DNA from: an uncultured Candidatus Saccharibacteria bacterium
GTDB taxonomy: Bacteria; Patescibacteriota; Minisyncoccia; Phycocordibacterales; JAACPR01
Assembly (NCBI GenBank): GCA_964470825.1
Contig: CAYYEF010000001.1
Location: 10,302 to 73,128 of the forward strand
DNA length: 62,827 bases
Direction of reading: 5' to 3'
Shown in pieces: positions 1 through 8,486 of the stretch. The position numbers were made by a program, and so were the translations under genes. Position 1 is the stretch's first letter; every line of letters starts with the position of its first letter. The notes beneath the pieces are model-generated. The model made no database searches. It saw only the letters and a program-made list of their open reading frames with translations, and had not been told where the DNA came from.

Positions 1-132
1 GTTATCGACGCCCAGGTCCGTGCGGCTCTGGAGGATATCCTCCGCCGGGATATGGCCGTCCGCCAAATGGAGCTTACCCTCCAAACCATGGGCCTAGGCC
101 CAATGATCCGTCCAGAAGGCGTATCATTATAA
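1..132 (+). CDS. 3' end of an unidentified gene (partial, frame 1), compositionally GC-rich
   Basis: Frame 1 is open from the window edge to TAA at 130-132 (VIDAQVRAALEDILRRDMAVRQMELTLQTMGLGPMIRPEGVSL). About 60% GC by hand count, with mostly G/C-ending codons, unlike the AT-rich remainder. Frame 3 is also open to 186, so the frame call is tentative. Confidence 0.3.
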   Translation, partial: VIDAQVRAALEDILRRDMAVRQMELTLQTMGLGPMIRPEGVSL

Positions 133-198
133 ACAATGAGAATGTGAACAATAATAACAATACTGTTCGCATCCTTAGAGATTGAACAAAACTTCAAC

Positions 199-246
199 CA
201 CCCCTTATCACAAAATCTTCGGATTGAGTGATGAGGGGTGTTTTTA
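199..246 (+). terminator. rho-independent terminator
   Basis: 13-bp stem CACCCCTTATCAC/GTGATGAGGGGTG (one G-T pair) followed by TTTTT. Confidence 0.7.
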
Positions 247-315
247 TTTAAAATACAAAACTGACGTCGTCTATATAAAATGTTAAAATATTATTAATTA
301 AAAGATTATAAAAAG

Positions 316-816
316 ATGAAATATTTAATTAATAATGAAAAAGATTTAGAAAATGTAGCACACGAAGTGCTTTCAATTATTAATTCAAATAAATATAATC
401 ACGCCACAGTCTTGGCTTTACAGGGGGATTTGGGAGCCGGTAAGACAACTTTTACAAAATGCTTGGCTAATATTTTAGGTATTACAGAATCAGTAACTAG
501 TCCCACTTTTGTTATTCAAAAAACTTTTTCCATCAATGAAACTAATTTAGAAAATAATTCAAATATTTTTATTCCTTTTAAGCAATTAATTCATATTGAT
601 TCTTACCGATTAGATTTATCAGGAGAACTTTTGCATTTGGGTTGGCATGATAATTTAAATCAAAAAGATAATTTAATTATTGTAGAGTGGCCAGAAAGAA
701 TCTCGGATATTTTACCTACAGAATATCTTTTATTAAAATTTTCGCACATCAATGAAACCGCCCGTGAAGTTGAACTTTTTATTATTGATTCTAAAAATAG
801 CCAAAAAACTTTTTAA
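316..816 (+). CDS. tsaE: tRNA threonylcarbamoyladenosine biosynthesis ATPase TsaE
   Basis: 166 aa. Walker A GDLGAGKTTFTK, then TSPTFVI and IHIDSYRL plus IIVEWPERI, the typical TsaE/YjeE layout. Confidence 0.85.
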   Translation: MKYLINNEKDLENVAHEVLSIINSNKYNHATVLALQGDLGAGKTTFTKCLANILGITESVTSPTFVIQKTFSINETNLENNSNIFIPFKQLIHIDSYRLDLSGELLHLGWHDNLNQKDNLIIVEWPERISDILPTEYLLLKFSHINETAREVELFIIDSKNSQKTF

Positions 817-819
817 ATA

Positions 820-3177
820 ATGGTAAAAAAAACACAAAGAAAAAAAATAGTTTTACTTGATTCTCACGCTATTTTGCACAGAGCATATCATGCAATGCCA
901 GATTTTTCTTCGTCAAACGGGGAACCAACCGGTGCTTTATATGGAATTGCAACTATGCTTTTTTCTATTATTAAAGAATTAAAACCAGATTATGTTATTG
1001 CTGCTTTTGATTTACCAAAACCTACTTATAGACACGAAGCTTATGCTGATTATAAAGCTGGAAGAAAAAAAACAGATGATAATCTTATTAAACAAATAAA
1101 TCGCTCTCGAGATTTATTCAAAGCTTTTCAAATTCCAATTTATGAAAAAGAGGGTTATGAAGCTGACGATGTTTTGGGAACTTTGGCCAAAAAACTAAAA
1201 GACAATTTTGATGTTGTTATTGCTTCAGGTGACATGGACACTTTGCAACTAGTCGATGATGATCGAGTAAAAGTCTATACCCTTAAAAAAGGTATAAAAG
1301 ACACCATTTTATATGATGAAAAAACAGTAATTGACCGATATGGATTTAAACCAGAACAGATTCCAGACTATAAGGGTTTACGTGGTGATACCTCAGACAA
1401 TATTATTGGTGTAGCTGGTATTGGTGAAAAAACTGCGACTGACTTAATTAAAAATTTTGGAACTATTGAAGAAATTTATAAGGCGCTAGAAAAAAATAAT
1501 TTAGAAAAATTTAAAAAAGCTGGAATCAAAGAACGTATAGTTAATTTATTAAAAGAAAATCAAGAAGAAGCCGAGTTTAGTAAAATGTTGGCCACAATTC
1601 AGTGTGATGTACCTATAGAATTTGAAATTCCAGAGAAGACTTGGTTTGAAAATATAAATCCAGAAAAGATAAAAGATTTGTTTAGGGATTTGGAATTTAG
1701 ATCTTTGCTTGTGCGTGTCGATACTATTTTTGGAGAGGCAAGTGCTGAAAATTTAATGGAAGAAACAGTTCAAGATATTGATTCTGAAAAATTAGATGAA
1801 ACTAAAATTATGGTTTGGCTTTTAAATTCAACAATTTCTAATCCATCTCTAGAAGATATTTACTCTGTTGCAAAAACAAAAAATTTTACAGACGCTTATC
1901 AAAAATTAGCAGAAGAAATAAAAAAAAGAGAATTAGAATTTGTTTTTGAAAAAATCGAGAAACCTTTAATACCACTAATTAAGGAGATGGAGAAAAATGG
2001 AGTTAAATTAGATACAGTTTTTTTGAAAAAGTTATCAGAAGAATATCATTTTGATTTGGAAAAAATTCAAAAAGAAATTTGGCAGGAAACAGGACATGAG
2101 TTTAATATCAATTCTCCTTCCCAAATGGCTGACGTTTTATTTAATAAGCTAGGATTAAGTTATAAAGGTATGAGAAAAACTGCTACAGGTAAATTTTCTA
2201 CAAAAGAAGATGTCTTGCAAAAATTATCAGAAGAAAATCCTATTGCCGAGAAAATTTTAGAATATCGAGAATTGCAAAAATTATTATCAACCTATATTGA
2301 TAACTTTCCTTTGTTAATTGGCGAAGATGGGCGATTGCATGCAACTTTTTTACAAACAGGCACTACAACCGGTAGAATGTCTTCAAATAATCCTAATCTA
2401 CAAAATATTCCAATTGGTTCAGAGAGAGGACAGAGAATCAGAAACGCTTTTGTGGCTGATAAAGGTAAAAAATTATTAGCATTAGATTATTCTCAATTTG
2501 AATTGCGTATCGCAGCTTTTCTTTCTGAAGAGAAAAAACTAATTGAAATTTTTAAGAGAGGCGAAGATATTCACACTGCTGTCGCGGCAGAGGTTTTTGG
2601 TGTGTCTTTTGATAAAGTTACAAAAGAAATGCGTCGTCAGGCAAAAGTTATTAATTTCGGAATGCTTTATGGGATGGGAATTAATGCTTTGAGACAAAAT
2701 TTAAAAACAGATAGGAAAACTGCTCAAGAATTTTATAATAAATATTTTTTGGTCTACTCTGATCTTTCTGCATATTTGGAAAGAGTTAAATCTGAAGCTG
2801 CTCTGAAGGGTTATACGAAGACTCTTTTTGGAAGACGTCGTTATTTTGATGGTTTTAATTCAAGCCTACCTTTTATTCGAGCTCAAGCAGAACGCATGGC
2901 TATTAATGCTCCAATTCAAGGAACTCAAGCAGATATTATAAAAATGGCCATGTTTCAGATTGATCAATTTTTATCTGAAAAAAAACTAAAAAATTCTGTT
3001 AAATTAATTTTACAAATTCATGATGAGGTAATCTATGAAGTAGATGAAGATAAGGTTGATGAAGTTTCTATAAAAATAAAAAAAATAATGGAGGAGGTTG
3101 TAAATAAAGAACAAACAAAAGGTGTGCCTGTATTAGCGGAATATAAAATAGGGGATAGTTGGGGTGGATTAAAATAG
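820..3177 (+). CDS. polA: DNA polymerase I (5'-3' exonuclease plus polymerase; 3'-5' exonuclease region strongly reduced)
   Basis: N-terminal 5' nuclease (LLDSHAILHRAYHA, GIGEKTA). Family A motifs A LLALDYSQFELRIAA, B RRQAKVINFGMLYGM and C LQIHDEV. Only about 80 aa lie between the nuclease and polymerase domains. Confidence 0.95.
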   Translation: MVKKTQRKKIVLLDSHAILHRAYHAMPDFSSSNGEPTGALYGIATMLFSIIKELKPDYVIAAFDLPKPTYRHEAYADYKAGRKKTDDNLIKQINRSRDLFKAFQIPIYEKEGYEADDVLGTLAKKLKDNFDVVIASGDMDTLQLVDDDRVKVYTLKKGIKDTILYDEKTVIDRYGFKPEQIPDYKGLRGDTSDNIIGVAGIGEKTATDLIKNFGTIEEIYKALEKNNLEKFKKAGIKERIVNLLKENQEEAEFSKMLATIQCDVPIEFEIPEKTWFENINPEKIKDLFRDLEFRSLLVRVDTIFGEASAENLMEETVQDIDSEKLDETKIMVWLLNSTISNPSLEDIYSVAKTKNFTDAYQKLAEEIKKRELEFVFEKIEKPLIPLIKEMEKNGVKLDTVFLKKLSEEYHFDLEKIQKEIWQETGHEFNINSPSQMADVLFNKLGLSYKGMRKTATGKFSTKEDVLQKLSEENPIAEKILEYRELQKLLSTYIDNFPLLIGEDGRLHATFLQTGTTTGRMSSNNPNLQNIPIGSERGQRIRNAFVADKGKKLLALDYSQFELRIAAFLSEEKKLIEIFKRGEDIHTAVAAEVFGVSFDKVTKEMRRQAKVINFGMLYGMGINALRQNLKTDRKTAQEFYNKYFLVYSDLSAYLERVKSEAALKGYTKTLFGRRRYFDGFNSSLPFIRAQAERMAINAPIQGTQADIIKMAMFQIDQFLSEKKLKNSVKLILQIHDEVIYEVDEDKVDEVSIKIKKIMEEVVNKEQTKGVPVLAEYKIGDSWGGLK

Positions 3178-3221
3178 TTGACGACTTTTTTAAAAGAGTT
3201 AAATTAAGAATAGAAAGAACC

Positions 3222-3407
3222 TCAAAACATATGAATCAGGACTTCCTTGAAATTATCCCCGGACAGAACCAGCGTGATGATGTTGTGCAACTCTATGCTG
3301 AACAACATCAACAGCAGCGCCAAGAAATAATCAACGACGTGTGTCACGGAGATGAAATTCCTCAGCATCCCGCGAATCCACCAGTCGAAGATTTTCTTCC
3401 TGGTCAT
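3222..3407 (-). CDS. hypothetical small hydrophobic protein with foreign-like codon usage
   Basis: 61-aa ORF MTRKKIFDWWIRGML...FLALLLMLFSIELHNIITLVLSG with one TM-like segment. Hand count gives 46 of 61 codons ending in G/C (CTG, TTC, ATC), the opposite of neighbouring genes. No clear promoter, SD or terminator, and all three overlapping frames are open, so the call is tentative. Confidence 0.3.
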   Translation of the reverse strand: MTRKKIFDWWIRGMLRNFISVTHVVDYFLALLLMLFSIELHNIITLVLSGDNFKEVLIHMF

Positions 3408-3437
3408 AGAACCGGTTGCGCAACCTAGTCTTTACCC

Positions 3438-3464
3438 AAGCGTCGTTAATTCGGCGCTTTTTTA
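3438..3464 (+). terminator. rho-independent terminator about 260 nt downstream of the polA stop
   Basis: Stem AAGCGTCG/CGGCGCTT (one G-T pair), loop TTAATT, followed by TTTTT. Confidence 0.65.
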
Positions 3465-3489
3465 TTTCAAAAGTAAGATTATTTAATTT

Positions 3490-3498
3490 TGATATAAT
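3490..3498 (+). promoter_or_regulatory. extended -10 element TGATATAAT, 6 nt upstream of ATG 3505
   Basis: Exact TGnTATAAT match. No Shine-Dalgarno fits between it and the start codon. Confidence 0.5.
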
Positions 3499-3504
3499 TA
3501 AAAA

Positions 3505-4215
3505 ATGATTTATTTGTTTTTGGGACAATATAAAAAAACCTTACAAAAAGCCAATAATTTGGTTGATGTTTTATTAAAAAAACAACCAGATGCTTCTTTG
3601 TTAAAATTTAATATTGAAAATTTTGAAAATAAAAATATTAATGATTTAGTATCTGCTCAAGGATTATTTTTTAATAAAAATATTATTGTACTTTCAAAAA
3701 TTTTTGAAGATATCGATAATAAGGAAATAATCTTAAAAAATATTAATGAAATTAAAGGATCACAAAACATTTTTATTTTTATTGAAGAATCACTTGATAA
3801 AAAAAGTTTAGAAAAATTTGAAAAGTTTGCAGAAAAAATTCAAGAGATAAAAATTGAAGAAAAGAAGGTTGAGTCTAAATTTAATATGTTTAGTCTAACT
3901 GATTCGTTAGGCAAGAGGGATAAGAAAAATTTATGGTTGTTGTATCGTAACGCTCTTAAAAACGGCTCTGCTGAAGAAATTTACGGAATTCTGTGGTGGC
4001 AATTAAAAACAATTTTAATCGTTCAAAAAAGTAAAAATGTTTCTGACTCAGGATTAAAACCGTTTGTTTTTAACAAGACTAAAGATTTTTTAAAAAATTT
4101 TAAAGAAGATGAAATACAAAAAAAAGCTTTTGATTTAGTTAAGATTTATCATAATACTCGCCGCCAAAGTACAGAGATGGAAATTAGTTTAGAAAAATGG
4201 ATTTTGAATTTTTAA
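3505..4215 (+). CDS. holA: DNA polymerase III delta subunit-like protein
   Basis: 236 aa. The N-terminal pattern MIYLFLGQ...LVSAQGLFFNKNIIVL and helical C-terminus resemble short HolA proteins. By recollection only, so moderate. Confidence 0.5.
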   Translation: MIYLFLGQYKKTLQKANNLVDVLLKKQPDASLLKFNIENFENKNINDLVSAQGLFFNKNIIVLSKIFEDIDNKEIILKNINEIKGSQNIFIFIEESLDKKSLEKFEKFAEKIQEIKIEEKKVESKFNMFSLTDSLGKRDKKNLWLLYRNALKNGSAEEIYGILWWQLKTILIVQKSKNVSDSGLKPFVFNKTKDFLKNFKEDEIQKKAFDLVKIYHNTRRQSTEMEISLEKWILNF

Positions 4216-4217
4216 TG

Positions 4218-4290
4218 TCCGCCCAGTAGGACTCGAACCTACGACCCTCTCCTTAAAAGGGAGTTGCTCTACCACCTGAGCTATGGGCGG
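4218..4290 (-). tRNA. tRNA-Lys (anticodon UUU)
   Basis: Reverse complement folds as a cloverleaf: acceptor CCGCCCA/TGGGCGG, D arm GCTC/GAGC, anticodon loop CTTTTAA, T arm GTAGG-TTCGAGT-CCTAC, discriminator A. No encoded CCA. Confidence 0.9.
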
Positions 4291-4354
4291 AAATACCATT
4301 TAAAAATGGTTTGTTTAATATAACTGAAAAGGCTTTGAATTTCAAGTGTCTATA

Positions 4355-4756
4355 CTAAAAAGGTAAATCAAGTGCGAAAGCCCCTGGTCCAAGAAAAAGG
4401 AAAGATAATGAAATTAGTATTAATCCCAAATAAAAAACTGTTGGATGATGATCTATTTTATGAGACCAAAAATCCATGATCATAACTTTTAAAAATAAAT
4501 AAGCTAAAACAATACAGACTACTTGAGTATATAAACCAATGATCATTAACCCTCCTGAAATTATTAGAGTGGTTGATAAAATCCAAGGCATAATATTTGC
4601 TAGTGGAATACCAAGCGAGGTTACAAATTCTATAAAATTATTTTTTTTAGACAAAATTTTAAAACCAATGTAAACTCCTATAAAACCAACAACAATACGA
4701 ATAATGGTAATTCCAAGTAAATTATAAATTAATAAATCGGGAAAAATACTTAACAT
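4355..4756 (-). CDS. small polytopic membrane protein (DoxX-like)
   Basis: 133 aa with about four hydrophobic helices. Start moved to MLSIFPD (4756), because the longer ORF would overlap the divergent gene at 4777. The DoxX call rests on general resemblance. Confidence 0.4.
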   Translation of the reverse strand: MLSIFPDLLIYNLLGITIIRIVVGFIGVYIGFKILSKKNNFIEFVTSLGIPLANIMPWILSTTLIISGGLMIIGLYTQVVCIVLAYLFLKVMIMDFWSHKIDHHPTVFYLGLILISLSFLFLGPGAFALDLPF

Positions 4757-4776
4757 GAAATAAGTATAACAAAATA

Positions 4777-5289
4777 ATGGAAAAAATAATAAACAAAAAA
4801 ATAGAAAAAACTGATCGTCGAATAATTTTGGTATTACATAATATACGCAGTACTCATAATGTCGGGGCAATTTTTAGAACTGCTGACGCTGCAGCAGTTA
4901 AAGAAATTTTTTTAGTTGGAATTACTCCAGATCCAATTGATCGTTTTGGTCGAAAGAGAAGTGATATTGCAAAGTCTGCTCTAGGGGCCGAAGAGACAAT
5001 TGCGTGGAAGCATTTTAGTGATCAAGAATTTTTAGAGAAAGCTTTTGATTTAAAAAAAGTCGGATTTGAAATTATTTCAATTGAGCAATCAGAAAATTCT
5101 GTAGATTATAAAAGTATTAAAGTTGGAGATAATGCATTGATTATTGTCGGTAATGAAGTAGAAGGATTACCAAAAGAGGTGATAGGAATTTCTGATTTTG
5201 TATCAGAAATTCCTATGTATGGTAATAAAGAATCTTTAAATGTTTCTGTGGCAACCGGCGTGGCTTTGTTTAGAATTTTGGAAATTTAA
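4777..5289 (+). CDS. SpoU/TrmH-family RNA 2'-O-methyltransferase
   Basis: LVLHNIRSTHNVGAIFRTADAAAV, GNEVEGLP and LNVSVATGVALF motifs of the SPOUT methyltransferases. Confidence 0.8.
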   Translation: MEKIINKKIEKTDRRIILVLHNIRSTHNVGAIFRTADAAAVKEIFLVGITPDPIDRFGRKRSDIAKSALGAEETIAWKHFSDQEFLEKAFDLKKVGFEIISIEQSENSVDYKSIKVGDNALIIVGNEVEGLPKEVIGISDFVSEIPMYGNKESLNVSVATGVALFRILEI

Positions 5290-5310
5290 GGAGAGTCTTT
5301 TTGCAAAGAT

Positions 5311-6213
5311 TTATTTTTGATGCGTACTACAAAAATGTGCACTACGAGTAGCAACTACTTTTCTAAGTATTATTCCAGAACAACCTTTTTTCTTACATTT
5401 CTGACCTTTTAATTTATAAGCATTATGGTGGTTTTGGAATTCTCCTCGAGCGCCAAGCGGGTTTCTATAATCACTCATTGAATCTCCTCCAAAATCAATA
5501 CCTTTTGAGAGAAGTTTTTTCATCCAAGTGTGCATGTTTTTAAATTCTATCTCAGAAATATCAGAAACTTTTCTTTCCGGATGAATATTTGTAGCCCATA
5601 AAATTTCATCAGAATAAATATTTCCAATTCCAGAAATAATAGTTGCGTCCATTAAGACTGTTTTTATTTTTCCATAAGGTTTTTTTAATAAAGCTTTTTT
5701 AAAATCAGAAACATTGAAATTTTTATCTAATGGCTCTGGACCAATTGGAGCAAATTCTTTAGAGAAAGCTTGTTTATCACTTAATAATTTTACAGTGGCA
5801 AATTTTCTCATATCAGAAAAAGCTATATGTTTACCATTACCTAATTCAAAAACCAAATGCACAAATCTGTTAAAAGGATCAGCTAAAGGACTTTTAGAGT
5901 CAAAAGGAGACCATTTCTTTTTTTCAAATTTATATTTACCAAAAAGTAAATGACCAGTCATTTTCATGTGGATTAAAATGGTTTTATCTCCTGATATATC
6001 AATTAATACATTTTTAGCACGACGCCATACCCGCAAAATCTTTTGGCCCTCAACATCTTTTTTAAAATTTTTGAAATATTTAGGATCTTTAATATTATTT
6101 TTTCCATAGAAATAGGGACTATTGTAGTCTGTCCAAACAGAAATAATTTTTTGGTTTTTAACCAAATCGTTCAACATTTTTGCGGTTGTTTCAACTTCTG
6201 GTAATTCAGGCAT
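5311..6213 (-). CDS. mutM: formamidopyrimidine-DNA glycosylase
   Basis: The catalytic N-terminus MPELPEVET begins at the ATG at 6213, so the upstream 34 codons of the ORF are not needed. Has the H2TH region and a C-terminal zinc finger (CKKKGCSG...HFCSTH). Confidence 0.85.
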   Translation of the reverse strand: MPELPEVETTAKMLNDLVKNQKIISVWTDYNSPYFYGKNNIKDPKYFKNFKKDVEGQKILRVWRRAKNVLIDISGDKTILIHMKMTGHLLFGKYKFEKKKWSPFDSKSPLADPFNRFVHLVFELGNGKHIAFSDMRKFATVKLLSDKQAFSKEFAPIGPEPLDKNFNVSDFKKALLKKPYGKIKTVLMDATIISGIGNIYSDEILWATNIHPERKVSDISEIEFKNMHTWMKKLLSKGIDFGGDSMSDYRNPLGARGEFQNHHNAYKLKGQKCKKKGCSGIILRKVVATRSAHFCSTHQK

Positions 6214-6231
6214 AGTGTTATTATTTTGCGT

Positions 6232-7233
6232 ATGATTAAAATTCTGGATAAGTTTGTGCCCACTATTTGTGTCTCTCTTGCAATAATTTTTCTCGGGGCT
6301 GCTATATATTTGCATGCCGAGACTACTTTGCAGAATACTAACACAAACCCAGGAGACCTAAAAATTTCATTAGCACAAAATGTAACAAGAGAAAATCTTT
6401 TAAGTAGATTTCAGGCTTATTCAAATAATTCAATAACCACTATTGAAAAATTAAAATCTGAAGGTCAAAGAAGTGGAAAGATTAGAATTTTGATTGTGCC
6501 TGGTCATGATTTTGAATATTCAGGAGCTTTTGTTAAAAACATTAAAGAGTCAACCTTAACTCTTAAAACCGGACAATATCTAAAAGAGTTTCTAGAAAAA
6601 GCCGGTCCTTTTGAAGTTTTTATAACGCGAGAAAATAAAATATCTGATAATAATAATGATTATACTCAAGCTTTTCAAAAATATTTTAATGAAAACAGAG
6701 AAAGCGTTTTGAAATATAGAGACCTTTATAAAAGAGAGACCGAAAAAATAGAAAGTCAAAAACAAATAGAACCAGTTACTAATGTGGAGCATAATGATGC
6801 TCCTGCCGAGATGGCTTATAGACTATATGCTGTCAATAAATGGGTTGAAGATAATAATATAGATATAGTTATTCATATTCATTTTAATGATTATTCTGGT
6901 AGGAAAAATGTTTGGGGAAAATACAAAGGTTTTTCTCTCTATGTGCCTGATATAAATTTAAGAAACGGAAAAGTTTCTCAAGACTTTTCTGATTTTATTG
7001 GAAAATCTTTATCTGAAAAGTTTAAATATAGTAATAATCCAGTAGAAAAACAGGGAATTATGTCAGGTGATGAGTTAATAGCAACGGGGGCAAATAATAC
7101 AATATCTGCGATTTCAGTTTTAATCGAATATGGTTATATATACGAAAAGCAATTTCAAAATGAAAATGTTTTAAGATCGCTCGCTGAACAAACAAGTAAA
7201 GGTGTTATTAATTATTTTCTAGAACCTTTTTAA
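6232..7233 (+). CDS. exported N-acetylmuramoyl-L-alanine amidase-like protein (Amidase_3-like)
   Basis: N-terminal hydrophobic anchor. ILIVPGHDFEYSGA and HIHFNDYSG resemble the zinc-ligand regions of Amidase_3. First ATG at 6232. Confidence 0.5.
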   Translation: MIKILDKFVPTICVSLAIIFLGAAIYLHAETTLQNTNTNPGDLKISLAQNVTRENLLSRFQAYSNNSITTIEKLKSEGQRSGKIRILIVPGHDFEYSGAFVKNIKESTLTLKTGQYLKEFLEKAGPFEVFITRENKISDNNNDYTQAFQKYFNENRESVLKYRDLYKRETEKIESQKQIEPVTNVEHNDAPAEMAYRLYAVNKWVEDNNIDIVIHIHFNDYSGRKNVWGKYKGFSLYVPDINLRNGKVSQDFSDFIGKSLSEKFKYSNNPVEKQGIMSGDELIATGANNTISAISVLIEYGYIYEKQFQNENVLRSLAEQTSKGVINYFLEPF

Positions 7234-8485
7234 TTTCTTCCTTTGCTACATCTGAATCAAGCCAAGGGGTTTTTGAACCATTAGGACCCATAATATATGG
7301 ATCTGTCCCTTTACCTGTAATTAAAACAATCGTATTTTCAGGATTATTTTTATTTAGTGCTTTTTTTAGACCTGTATTTATAGCAGTTCTTCGATCCATA
7401 ATAATTTCTACAGGTTTTTTACTTATTGCATCTCTCATTTCTTTTATTATTTGATTTGGATCTTCGTCGTATGGATCTTCATCAGTTAAAATAATTTCAT
7501 CACAATAAGTCTCTGCAATTTTTGCCATTTCTGGTCTTTTCCATTTATCTCTTCCTCCACCAGTGTTACCAAGAATACAAATTTTCTTCTTGTTGGGAAA
7601 AGCTTGATATAAAGCTTCTAAAGATTCTTTTGTGTGAGCGTAGTCGACATACACTTCAAAATTTTGACCACCATCAATTTTTTGAGCTCTACCAGGAATT
7701 TGTTTCAGGTTTTCAATTGCTTCTTTGATGATTTCATCGCTTATGCCGATTTCTTTTGCAAAAGTTGCTGCTGCCAAAATATTGTAAGCATTAAATTCTC
7801 CTAGAAGAGGAGAGTATAAAGTGGTCTTGTTGAAACGCATCTTAATCCCGTTTGTTAAGTCGAGTGGTTTTGAATTTGAGATTGAATATGAAATTTTTCT
7901 ATCTGCTTTTTTCTCTAAAAACTTTTCTGCTTCAGCATCATCACCGTTTACTATTAAAAGTGTATTTTGTTTTGTACCCACCAAATTATCAGCTAGATTT
8001 AATTTAGCTTGTACATATTTTGCATAAGAACCATGTGCCTCAATATGTTCTGGAGATAGATTTGTAAAAATAAAAGCATCAAGCCAAATAAATTTGTGTC
8101 TAAACATTTTTGATCCTTCAGATGTCATTTCAATTACTGCGTGTGTACACCCAGCTTTTACTGCGTCACTTAGAAATTTTTGCATAAAGAATCGACCAGG
8201 CATAGACATTTTATATTTATTTAACCTACTTTTATTGCCAATTTTAAAACGAATACCGTTTGAAAGCGCGGTTTTTTTACCAGCTTTTTCTAATATTGCA
8301 TTCACTATTTCGCTGGTAGATGTTTTACCTTTTGTACCAGTCATTCCAACAATATAAATTTTTCTAGCAGGAAAACCGTAAATAATTGCACCCAACAGAG
8401 TCATTCCATAATGATAGAAGGGTTGAAAAAAACGGTAAATTTTTTTCGGTATAAATTTTTCAATTGTTCTTAAAATTTTCTCCAT
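7208..8485 (-). CDS. murE: Mur ligase, MurE-like, lacking the usual N-terminal domain
   Basis: P-loop GMTGTKGKTST plus VDYAHT, NTGGGRDKWKRP and LTDEDPYDEDP, which match the MurE pattern (DYAHTPDAL, GGDRDxxKRP, TSDNPRxEDP). 425 aa. Confidence 0.65.
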   Translation of the reverse strand: MEKILRTIEKFIPKKIYRFFQPFYHYGMTLLGAIIYGFPARKIYIVGMTGTKGKTSTSEIVNAILEKAGKKTALSNGIRFKIGNKSRLNKYKMSMPGRFFMQKFLSDAVKAGCTHAVIEMTSEGSKMFRHKFIWLDAFIFTNLSPEHIEAHGSYAKYVQAKLNLADNLVGTKQNTLLIVNGDDAEAEKFLEKKADRKISYSISNSKPLDLTNGIKMRFNKTTLYSPLLGEFNAYNILAAATFAKEIGISDEIIKEAIENLKQIPGRAQKIDGGQNFEVYVDYAHTKESLEALYQAFPNKKKICILGNTGGGRDKWKRPEMAKIAETYCDEIILTDEDPYDEDPNQIIKEMRDAISKKPVEIIMDRRTAINTGLKKALNKNNPENTIVLITGKGTDPYIMGPNGSKTPWLDSDVAKEEIKKVLENN

Positions 8486-8486
8486 A

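Noticed and set aside
3-186. Frame-3 reading at the window edge, giving a Pro/Gly/Tyr-rich tail (GGYPPPGYGRPPNGAYPPNHGPRPN...NNNNNT) that would explain the high GC by amino-acid composition.
   Set aside because: The G/C periodicity (high at frame-1 positions 1 and 3, low at position 2) and the balanced helical peptide favour frame 1. P/G/R-rich peptides are the typical off-frame artefact of GC-rich genes. This cannot be excluded without the upstream sequence.
3159-3428. Plus-strand ORF between polA and holA (89 aa, MNQDFLEIIPGQNQRDD...QQQRQE...HPANPP).
   Set aside because: Its first codon positions are about 75% G/C and it yields a Gln/His/Pro/Asp-rich, low-complexity-like peptide. That is what an antisense reading of a GC3-rich gene produces. 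The 5' part also overlaps the polA stop. The 3331-3528 minus ORF overlaps the holA start and promoter. Neither is preferred over 3222-3407 (minus), which is itself only tentative.
4757-4870. Upstream extensions offered by the ORF track for several genes: 4355-4870, 5311-6315, 9548-9901, 28539, 30417, 32421, 33560-34552, 43400, 46755 and 52497.
   Set aside because: In each case the conserved protein N-terminus begins at an internal ATG (for example MPELPEVET for Fpg and MAITKSAKK for S20). The extension overlaps a neighbouring gene, or consists of promoter elements (TTGACT, TGTATAAT, TTGCCA) read as TTG/GTG starts.
7208-7233. 26-nt convergent overlap of the amidase-like and murE-like gene ends.
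   Set aside because: Short 3' overlaps of convergent genes are common in compact genomes. There is no evidence of frameshift or fusion.
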